From NCBI GenBank assembly GCA_034439575.1, contig JAWXAQ010000002.1:96001-160000 (forward strand): a DNA stretch of 64,000 nucleotides, given 5' to 3'. This DNA comes from Leptospira sp. (GTDB taxonomy: Bacteria; Spirochaetota; Leptospiria; Leptospirales; Leptospiraceae). The translations under genes were made by a program, and so were the position numbers. How positions within the stretch are numbered: the stretch's first letter is position 1; every line of letters starts with the position of its first letter. Shown here one piece after another: positions 20,334 through 27,829 of this stretch. The notes under the pieces are model-generated. The model made no database searches. It worked only from the letters and a program-made list of their open reading frames with translations, and was not told the DNA's origin.

Positions 20334-21302
20334 TTAAAGAGAACGATACAGTTCCCACATAGTATTGATTAGGCTACTCGCATCACTATGAATTGGTTTC
20401 CAAGCTAGTAGTGATTTGGCTTTTGCTGAGGAGGCAAGTAGTTTCGCAGGATCACCAGGTCTTCGTCCTACAATTTTATGAGGAATGGGTTTTTTAACAA
20501 TCGTTAATGCAAGATCAGTCATTTCCTTTACTGAATATCCATTTTCCGATCCCAAATTGACCGTTAAACTTTGATTTGTCTCCATGATCTTATTTAAAGC
20601 TAAAACGTGGGCTCGAGCTAGATCCGTTACATGAATGTAGTCACGTACGCAAGTTCCATCAGGCGTATCATAATCTTCGCCATAAATTTCAAAACCAGGA
20701 CGGATGCCAGATGCGACTTCCATAATGATAGGAAGTAAATTTGCAGGAGTTTTTTCTATTCCACGGATGCGTCCTTTTGGATCATAACCCGCTGCATTAA
20801 AGTATCTTAGACATGCAGATTTAACACCTTTTAGTTGATCATACCATCGTAGGTTTTCTTCGATCGCGAGTTTTGTGTATCCATAATAATTTTCAGGATT
20901 AGTCGGATGGTTTTCATCTATAGGTAGATATTTCGGAGCACCATACACTGCAGCAGACGAAGAAAATACAATGTATTGGCAATTATTTTGGAGCATTGCC
21001 TGTAAGAGTATGAAAGTTCCATTCAAATTATTGATCGTATATTTCATAGGGTCAGTCATCGATTCACCTGCAGCTTTCCATGCGGCAAAATGAAATACGG
21101 CATCAATGCGTTTAGAAAAAATTTGTTTTAAGACTGCTGGGTCTTGGATGCGACCTTTTATAAATTCATTTTGAGGAAATAAGTTTGCCTCATTTCCTTT
21201 CTCCATGTCATCTACAACCAAGATGGAATGCCCAAGTTCCATCAATTCCAATACGATGTGGCTACCGATATAGCCCGCACCGCCTGTAACGAGAACTCTC
21301 AT
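20334..21302 (-). CDS. galE: UDP-glucose 4-epimerase
   Basis: TGGAGYIGSH, FSSSAAVYG, YGYTK, LRYFNAAG, DGTCVRDYIHV. Confidence 0.95.
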   Translation of the reverse strand: MRVLVTGGAGYIGSHIVLELMELGHSILVVDDMEKGNEANLFPQNEFIKGRIQDPAVLKQIFSKRIDAVFHFAAWKAAGESMTDPMKYTINNLNGTFILLQAMLQNNCQYIVFSSSAAVYGAPKYLPIDENHPTNPENYYGYTKLAIEENLRWYDQLKGVKSACLRYFNAAGYDPKGRIRGIEKTPANLLPIIMEVASGIRPGFEIYGEDYDTPDGTCVRDYIHVTDLARAHVLALNKIMETNQSLTVNLGSENGYSVKEMTDLALTIVKKPIPHKIVGRRPGDPAKLLASSAKAKSLLAWKPIHSDASSLINTMWELYRSL

Positions 21303-22102
21303 TCGTCGCCGCTACCACCGATGGTTCTATGGTCTGTGACACCTCGTTTGCTGTTTTTGAAAAAGTCCATAAGGAATCGAACTTCCGGAATTATGTTTTG
21401 ATCTTTTTCTAGTTCGGCAAGCGCTTGTGAGGTGTTGAATCCGCTATTGTAAATGATTTTGTATGCTCGTTTAATTGCTGTTCGTGTGTCTCCGTTAAAG
21501 CCATTTCGTTTCAATCCGACAGAATTTAGTCCAATCACAGAAGCAGGATTTCCATCGACAGTGCTATAAGGAGGAATATCTTTAACGACTTTGGCAAGCC
21601 CTGCAACCATGGCATAATCGCCAACATGAACAAATTGGTGAATGCCTGTTAGTCCAGAGACAAATATTTTATTTCCCATAACAACGTGGCCTGCAATCAT
21701 ACTGTTCTGCACCATGATATTGTTATCCCCAACGATACAATCATGTGCAATATGGATATTGCCCATAAAGAAGTTATGGTTTCCAATTTTTGTAGATCCG
21801 CCCTCTTTGGTGGCTCTATGAAAAATACAATTTTCTTTCAAAGTATTGTGGTCTCCCAATTCCAAAAAAGTGGGAGTTTCGGTTTTAAAACCCAAGTCCT
21901 GAGGGACACCGCTAAAGGTAACCCCTGAACTGAATTTATTGAATTTTCCGATACGTGCGCCGTTTAAAATGCGAGAATGGGATTCAATTTTGGTTCCCTC
22001 ACCGATAATGACGTCTTTTTCGATAATACAAAAGGGACCGACTTCGACAGATTCGTGGAGTTCTGCCTTGGGATCAATGATTGCTGTTGGATGAATCTTC
22101 AT
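21299..22102 (-). CDS. lpxA: Acyl-ACP--UDP-N-acetylglucosamine(3N) acyltransferase LpxA
   Basis: IHPTAIIDP hexapeptide repeats, PQDL, HIAHDC, IHQF, DIPPY...GLNSVGLKR. Confidence 0.95.
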   Translation of the reverse strand: MKIHPTAIIDPKAELHESVEVGPFCIIEKDVIIGEGTKIESHSRILNGARIGKFNKFSSGVTFSGVPQDLGFKTETPTFLELGDHNTLKENCIFHRATKEGGSTKIGNHNFFMGNIHIAHDCIVGDNNIMVQNSMIAGHVVMGNKIFVSGLTGIHQFVHVGDYAMVAGLAKVVKDIPPYSTVDGNPASVIGLNSVGLKRNGFNGDTRTAIKRAYKIIYNSGFNTSQALAELEKDQNIIPEVRFLMDFFKNSKRGVTDHRTIGGSGDE

Positions 22103-22209
22103 GGTTTAGAATCAAAAAAAACTGCCATTGGACCTCATGCAATAGATTTTTTAAAAAGTAATTTACATGATTGTTTCAGAGCTTTCTTTTTAGATTACTT
22201 GGAGCCACA

Positions 22210-22557
22210 ATGAATATTGATTGGTCTAGAATTGAATCTCTTGTAGATATAAATGATCCTGATGACCTCGCATGGCTAAAAGATATGATCATTTCTTTGT
22301 TGGAAAATATGACGGTCCGTATCCAAAATATGGAAAACTTTATGCAAACAAAGGAACAAAAAGACCTGCAATCAGAGCTCCATCAAATCAAAGGAGTCGC
22401 CGCCAATTTTGGATTGTCCGCCCTTTCAAAAATCGTAATTGATGCGGAAGCAAAAGCGAAAGCCGGTGAAATCGATGCTTCTATTGAACTATCAAAACAG
22501 ATCTCTCCGATTTGGGATGTCACAAAGAAAGAACTTCAGACTCGGTTTGGTAGTTAA
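22210..22557 (+). CDS. Stand-alone Hpt phosphotransfer protein
   Basis: LHQIKGVAANFG Hpt motif; GGAG RBS before the ATG at 22210. Confidence 0.88.
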   Translation: MNIDWSRIESLVDINDPDDLAWLKDMIISLLENMTVRIQNMENFMQTKEQKDLQSELHQIKGVAANFGLSALSKIVIDAEAKAKAGEIDASIELSKQISPIWDVTKKELQTRFGS

Positions 22558-22584
22558 GCGGATTTTGTTAAATGACCGCCTATA

Positions 22585-23802
22585 TTAGTTATGTGAAGTA
22601 AGAGTATTAACATTTGGGTTTTTGCTCAATAGGATTGCAGAAATCATTAAAATTATAGCGCAGAAGACACCGAGGACATCAGGAAGTCCGAAATCAAGTG
22701 CAATAAAACCGAATAGTGAACCAACGGCAGCACCTATGTCACTGATCATTAAGTATTTGGCTAATATATTTGTATTAAAACTTAAATTTGAATAATCCAC
22801 AACTTTGGCATTGATATCTGTTAATACCATAATGGATGCGATAAGCATTAATAAAATTGTTATGAACCAAATCAAAGAAGGCAAATTAATGCTAAGAATA
22901 ATTAAAAATAGTATGGCAGATATAGAAAGTGCCACCATTAACAATTTCAGTTTATCTTCTGCTTGGTCAATTCGACTCCCAATCCAAGGAGAAACAAAAG
23001 GTTCCAATGCCCACCTTGTAGCGAGTAAAAATGATGTGAGACTCGCTGACCCTAATCCCCAGAAAAGACCTCCACTAGTAATAATTCGTTCATTTACCCA
23101 ATGAGCTAACATCGATTTCAATAATCCTTGGAATACAATAGCAGTAAAAAAACTTACCGTAAATATAATTAGCAATCCATGCGTTTTTTTACCTAAGGAA
23201 ATTGAGACTTCTATGGATTTTACTATGTAAACGGGATCGTGTTTTTTTCTTTGAAAATGATTTATTATAAGAATTGAATTCGCAGTTAAGGCTATAAGTG
23301 AAAAAATAATAAGTATAATGTGTACTCCATAAATTTCAGAGAATACTCCACCGATTAACATACCTATAACATTGCCAATTGCTGAATAACCATTATAAAT
23401 TCCTGTTAGTTTCCCCGCTTTATTTTTATGAACGTTTGTTGCTTCGATGATCATTAGCTGGCCTGCTTGTTTTAAAAAAGCCCAAGATATTCCCCATAGA
23501 ATTCTTGCTAAGAATAAGTAAAAAAATCCATTTAATAATCCACAGGCGGCAGTCGAAATGAATGTTAATGTTAAACCAATTCCGAAACCAATTTCCAATG
23601 GATATTTAAAATAAAATTTTTCTACAAAAGGATGGATCGGTATTCGGATGATTCTATTCACAGATAACAACGCACCTACTTGCCATAAATCAGTCAGACC
23701 GAATTCTTTATAATATATAGGCATCACTATATATAACATAGAATCCCCGAATAGAGATACGGCAGTTAGCTGTCCAATCAAACGAACTTTTTTAAACTCC
23801 AC
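22585..23802 (-). CDS. MFS transporter
   Basis: About 12 hydrophobic segments; GDSMLYIVMP, LSVNR, ARILWGISW; start overlaps the upstream flavoprotein stop. Confidence 0.88.
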   Translation of the reverse strand: MEFKKVRLIGQLTAVSLFGDSMLYIVMPIYYKEFGLTDLWQVGALLSVNRIIRIPIHPFVEKFYFKYPLEIGFGIGLTLTFISTAACGLLNGFFYLFLARILWGISWAFLKQAGQLMIIEATNVHKNKAGKLTGIYNGYSAIGNVIGMLIGGVFSEIYGVHIILIIFSLIALTANSILIINHFQRKKHDPVYIVKSIEVSISLGKKTHGLLIIFTVSFFTAIVFQGLLKSMLAHWVNERIITSGGLFWGLGSASLTSFLLATRWALEPFVSPWIGSRIDQAEDKLKLLMVALSISAILFLIILSINLPSLIWFITILLMLIASIMVLTDINAKVVDYSNLSFNTNILAKYLMISDIGAAVGSLFGFIALDFGLPDVLGVFCAIILMISAILLSKNPNVNTLTSHN

Positions 23803-25042
23803 AAACGCCAGTTTCTGGAAGATATAATTCTACTCTTCTAGCGGCCTCCCAGTCATTATCAAGTGCCGCGACGATACTTCTGACTTGTTCATATCCTGTT
23901 GCCATTAGAAATGTTGGTGCACGTCCGTAGCTTTTTGCTCCGACAATATAAAAATTTGGTTCAGGTTGTCGTAATTCCAGTTCCCCGTGAGCCCTTACTG
24001 TTCCACAACTATGTACATTCGGATCGATAAGAGTTGTTAATTCAGGAACACATTCAAGTGCAGGATCGGTGAAGTATCTTAATTCTCTGAGAAAGGAAAA
24101 ATCAGGTCGCGATCCTGTGTTGACAATTATCTTATCTACATTAGTAATCGTGTGATTTTGTAGTTCGTTAAATCCTTTAATTTCAATTTTAAAATTCTTT
24201 TTTTCGAAACTGATAATTCGAAAAGGATTAAAAACTGTAACTTGTCCAGATTGAACTAAATTATGAACATTTAATCCTAAACTACCTCTTTCAGGAAGTG
24301 CGTCATTTAATCCTCCACCTAATAATTTTTTATCGTAGTTGCGTCTTAAAATCCAAAGAATTGATGTATTAGGATATAAAGTTTTTAGCTTTTGTAATTC
24401 TAAAATTGAATGAATTGCTGAATGACCACTTCCGACTACAGCGACAGATTTATTACCAAATTCAATTTCTATATTCTTATGAGAAAAATTAGGGATATTA
24501 TAATGGAAATGTTCATATAGTTGTTTTTCACCTAATGCAAAATCACCGCTAGACCCAGCAGGGTTTGGATTTCCCCAAGTTCCAGTTGCGTCAATAATGG
24601 CTCCTGCAAATAGTCGTTTAACTTTTCCATGCTGAATATATTCGATTTCGAAGGGAAAAGATTCTCTTCCTGCCGTTTTTCCTTTGTCGATGCCAAATCG
24701 ATGAATCGCAGTCACCGTACTATTTAAATGTAAAAATGGTTTAATTATAGGCAAGTTTGAAAGTGGGCGTAAATATTTTTGAATAAACTCACCTCCCGTA
24801 GGTAATTCAAAGGAGTTAGGTGCAATCCAATTATACTCTGTTAATAAATCCTTTGCATCTTTATCAATATTGTATTCCCAAGGAGAAAACATTTTTACAT
24901 TCTCCCATTTTGATAAATGATGACCGACATCATTTCCTTTTTCCAAAATGATAAACGATTTATTTCTATGAACTAATTGGGCCGCTGCTGCCATCCCAAC
25001 TGGCCCTGCTCCGATAATTGCTGTTGGTAACCAAGAACTCAT
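23792..25042 (-). CDS. FAD/NAD(P)H-dependent flavoprotein monooxygenase (ArsV/ArsO-like)
   Basis: GAGPVG, DATGTW, VGSGHSA, LIDPNVHSCGTV, KSYGRAPTFLMATGYEQVRS, LPETGVC; AAGGAG RBS before the ATG at 25042. Confidence 0.85.
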   Translation of the reverse strand: MSSWLPTAIIGAGPVGMAAAAQLVHRNKSFIILEKGNDVGHHLSKWENVKMFSPWEYNIDKDAKDLLTEYNWIAPNSFELPTGGEFIQKYLRPLSNLPIIKPFLHLNSTVTAIHRFGIDKGKTAGRESFPFEIEYIQHGKVKRLFAGAIIDATGTWGNPNPAGSSGDFALGEKQLYEHFHYNIPNFSHKNIEIEFGNKSVAVVGSGHSAIHSILELQKLKTLYPNTSILWILRRNYDKKLLGGGLNDALPERGSLGLNVHNLVQSGQVTVFNPFRIISFEKKNFKIEIKGFNELQNHTITNVDKIIVNTGSRPDFSFLRELRYFTDPALECVPELTTLIDPNVHSCGTVRAHGELELRQPEPNFYIVGAKSYGRAPTFLMATGYEQVRSIVAALDNDWEAARRVELYLPETGVCGV

Positions 25043-25068
25043 TTGTGTCTCCTTTTGTTGAACCAAGA

Positions 25069-25094
25069 GACGCAAAACATTCCTGATGGATGCA
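25069..25094 (-). promoter_or_regulatory. Putative SigZ/ECF promoter for the flavoprotein-MFS operon
   Basis: Minus strand TGCATC-catcaggaatgttttg-CGTC (16-nt spacer), one of three copies. Confidence 0.75.
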
Positions 25095-25105
25095 AATTAA
25101 ATTTT

Positions 25106-25131
25106 TGCATCTTTTTATTTCTTGAATCGTC
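25106..25131 (+). promoter_or_regulatory. Putative autoregulatory SigZ/ECF promoter for sigZ
   Basis: TGCATC-tttttatttcttgaat-CGTC (16-nt spacer). Confidence 0.75.
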
Positions 25132-25168
25132 TTGTAATTTTACATCTGATTAGTATGGAGAGTTAAGA

Positions 25169-25735
25169 ATGGATAAAGAGATGAAGAGCCTTTGGAATGA
25201 ATTTCAATTACCTCTGATTAGATTTGTATCCAAAAGAATCAATCAACAGGAGGATGTAGAGGATCTCGTTCAAAATATTTTTTTAAAAATTACGAATCAC
25301 ATACAAGAACTGAAAGATACCGAAAAATTACAATCATGGATCTACCAAATTGCGAGAAATGCAATTATTGATTATTATCGAAAAGATAAATCGTATTTAG
25401 AACTGCCAGAAAATTTACCTTCTACCGTAGAACCCGTAGAACAAAGCATATACGAGGAAATCTCGGATTGTATTCGACCATTAATTAATAATTTACCTGA
25501 AAAATACAAATGGGCTTTAGAATATACTGAATTGAACGGGCATTCTCAAAGGAAATTGAGCGATGAGTTGGGGATTTCTATTTCAGGCGCAAAATCTAGA
25601 GTACAACGTGGGAGAGAAAAATTAAAATCTTTATTAATCTCATCTTGCAAACTTCAGACAGATGCAAAAGGAACCGTCATAAGTTCAATTTATACCCAAG
25701 AAAACGCAAATAAAAAATCGTTTGACTGCTGCTAA
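25169..25735 (+). CDS. sigZ: ECF sigma factor, SigZ-like, ending in Cys-Cys
   Basis: DVEDLVQNIFLK, SWIYQIARNAIIDYYR, LGISISGAKSRVQRGREKLK; GGAG RBS. Confidence 0.88.
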   Translation: MDKEMKSLWNEFQLPLIRFVSKRINQQEDVEDLVQNIFLKITNHIQELKDTEKLQSWIYQIARNAIIDYYRKDKSYLELPENLPSTVEPVEQSIYEEISDCIRPLINNLPEKYKWALEYTELNGHSQRKLSDELGISISGAKSRVQRGREKLKSLLISSCKLQTDAKGTVISSIYTQENANKKSFDCC

Positions 25736-25743
25736 AATAAATT

Positions 25744-25769
25744 TGCATCCATTTGTTTCGTTTTACGTC
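25744..25769 (+). promoter_or_regulatory. Putative SigZ/ECF promoter for the Cys-rich peptide gene
   Basis: TGCATC-catttgtttcgtttta-CGTC (16-nt spacer). Confidence 0.75.
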
Positions 25770-25806
25770 CACAAGATCGTTAACAACTATTAAGGAGTTT
25801 AATAAT

Positions 25807-25989
25807 ATGAATCAAGTTAATGATATGAATGAGATGGTTTCAGAGGGTTGTTGTGGATATCCTGTTTACCCTGGAATTGAAGATTGTTGTCGAGCAGATA
25901 TAAAAATTGAAAAGAAGGAATCTATCTCTTGCGGATGTGGGCCTGTCGAAGAGTCTACATCACCAAAAAAATCCACTTCTTGTTGTTAG
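25807..25989 (+). CDS. Small Cys-rich peptide (60 aa, 8 Cys), putative metal(loid)-binding
   Basis: AAGGAG RBS, own promoter motif, CC..CC..CGC..CC pattern. Confidence 0.75.
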   Translation: MNQVNDMNEMVSEGCCGYPVYPGIEDCCRADIKIEKKESISCGCGPVEESTSPKKSTSCC

Positions 25990-26188
25990 TTTATATTTTA
26001 TGGATTAATCTAAAGGCAGGATAAACAAGAAGATCCTTGGTCATTTCAGATATAATGATTCATTATCCTGTCTTCTGAAAAATCTAAATATAAAAATACC
26101 TCACAAACAAATTTAATTCCAATCATTGCATTTTTTAGTTTATGAAGATAAACAAAAGTGGATTATGCATCCGTCTAATCATTAAATT

Positions 26189-27628
26189 ATGAATGAACCA
26201 TTGTTTCAAAAATTGACTGGGAAAATAACATCTGCTCGTCCTTGGACTAAGGCATTGATCGATCGATTTGAAATTCTTATCAAGAATGAAGATGATTATT
26301 CATTGTTTCGAATCAATCCATATAGTTTTGCCAATACGAATAATTTCCAGGCCTCTGAAGTTTTGGATTTATTTTTGTACGCCTCAAAGAACGGAATTTT
26401 TGTGATGGAATGGTTATTGATTTGTCCGAGATGTGGAGATCCAGTCAATAATTTCAATAAGTTAATGCATGTTCATAATAGGTATCATTGTGAATTTTGT
26501 CGCAGAGATTATCAAACTACATTGGATGATTCTATCCAAGTTAGTTTTACAATTCATCCAGATATTCGTACTATTTCATTTCATGATCCTTACTCATTAA
26601 CGATTCAAGAATATCAATATAAATTTCATTTTTCAAGAGAAGGAAAAGTTCCTGGATCAAATCAATCCTTTGGAACTTTTTTTAAAGGCAGAGAGAGGTT
26701 TCTTGGTTTTATTGAACCAGGTGAAAAAATAACAAAGGAGATCGATGCGGAAGTTGGTTTTTTAGAAGGCAATGATTTTATGCATCACTCCGAATTTCTC
26801 ATAGAAGTAAAAGATAACATCGGTTATAATGAATTAAACCAAATAAGTATTACATTTTTAGACGATAAACTGAAAGCAGAACCTTTGGTGATTTCAGAGG
26901 GAAAATATAGTTTTGTGATTCAAAATCTTTCTGATAAAAAAATCCCCTTATCTATTTATCAATTAGATAAAGATTTCATGGATACGGAATTTAGTTTAGA
27001 ATTTGATCCCTATTTATCCGCCAAAGAATTGTTAAACAATAAAACGTTTAGAGAACTTTTTAAAGGGGAAGATCTTGTTGGTGCGACAGGCATTGCCATT
27101 AAAGACATTACCATAGTGTTTACTGATTTAAAAGGTTCCACTAATCTTTATGAAAGGATCGGAGATTTAAATGCATTTTCGCTTGTGCACCAACATTTCG
27201 ATGAAGTGGGCCAAGTGATAAGTCGAAACAATGGAATTTTAATCAAAACAATAGGGGATGCGATTATGGCATCTTTCCTAAACCCTTTAGATGCGATGAA
27301 AGCCTCTATTGAAATGCTGAAAGCAATAGAAAGTTTTAATTCTCGGCAGTTAGAAAAAGAGATTGTACTTAAAATAGGCATTCATTCGGGACCTTCGATT
27401 GCAGTGACTCTCAATGAAAGGTTAGATTACTTTGGACAAATCATAAATATCGCGGCTCGTGTCCAAGGGGTTGCCGAAGGCGAAGAGATTTGTTTTACGA
27501 AAGAGATTTATAATTTTCCAGGAGTGCAGGGCCTCATATCACCTAACAACATAAAGTTTGAGGAAGTTTTTTTGAAAGGAATTAAAAATGCTATTTCGTT
27601 ATTTAGAATGGGCTCAAAAATTACTTAG
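26189..27628 (+). CDS. Class III adenylate/guanylate cyclase with N-terminal DUF5939-like Zn-ribbon domain
   Basis: FTDLKGST, KTIGDAIMA, DYFGQIINIAARVQ; N-terminal CPRC and CEFC. Confidence 0.9.
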   Translation: MNEPLFQKLTGKITSARPWTKALIDRFEILIKNEDDYSLFRINPYSFANTNNFQASEVLDLFLYASKNGIFVMEWLLICPRCGDPVNNFNKLMHVHNRYHCEFCRRDYQTTLDDSIQVSFTIHPDIRTISFHDPYSLTIQEYQYKFHFSREGKVPGSNQSFGTFFKGRERFLGFIEPGEKITKEIDAEVGFLEGNDFMHHSEFLIEVKDNIGYNELNQISITFLDDKLKAEPLVISEGKYSFVIQNLSDKKIPLSIYQLDKDFMDTEFSLEFDPYLSAKELLNNKTFRELFKGEDLVGATGIAIKDITIVFTDLKGSTNLYERIGDLNAFSLVHQHFDEVGQVISRNNGILIKTIGDAIMASFLNPLDAMKASIEMLKAIESFNSRQLEKEIVLKIGIHSGPSIAVTLNERLDYFGQIINIAARVQGVAEGEEICFTKEIYNFPGVQGLISPNNIKFEEVFLKGIKNAISLFRMGSKIT

Positions 27629-27829
27629 AGCTAACAATTATTCCATTTAATCAAAGTTTGACGGTTTTCAAATATTACTTTGAGTTCCATGAGTTAATTG
27701 AATTTTAGTAGCAATTTCTGCTAAACCATGAAATTTTATGTCGCATTATTTTTTGTATGCTTTTTATTTATAATAGGTGCAAATTAAAACCGAAATATAT
27801 ACTATTATAATATTCGGAGCAAAAGCATT

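Noticed and set aside
26013-26074. Long-loop inverted repeat (AAGGCAGGATAA ... TTATCCTGTCTT) after the Cys peptide gene, considered as a MITE or sRNA
   Set aside because: Single copy, no target-site duplication or transposase, no recognisable RNA family; at most a 3' structure.
26166-26175. TGCATCCGTC upstream of the cyclase, i.e. both SigZ motif halves with no spacer
   Set aside because: A zero-length spacer cannot function as a promoter; chance or a deletion relic, not distinguishable here.
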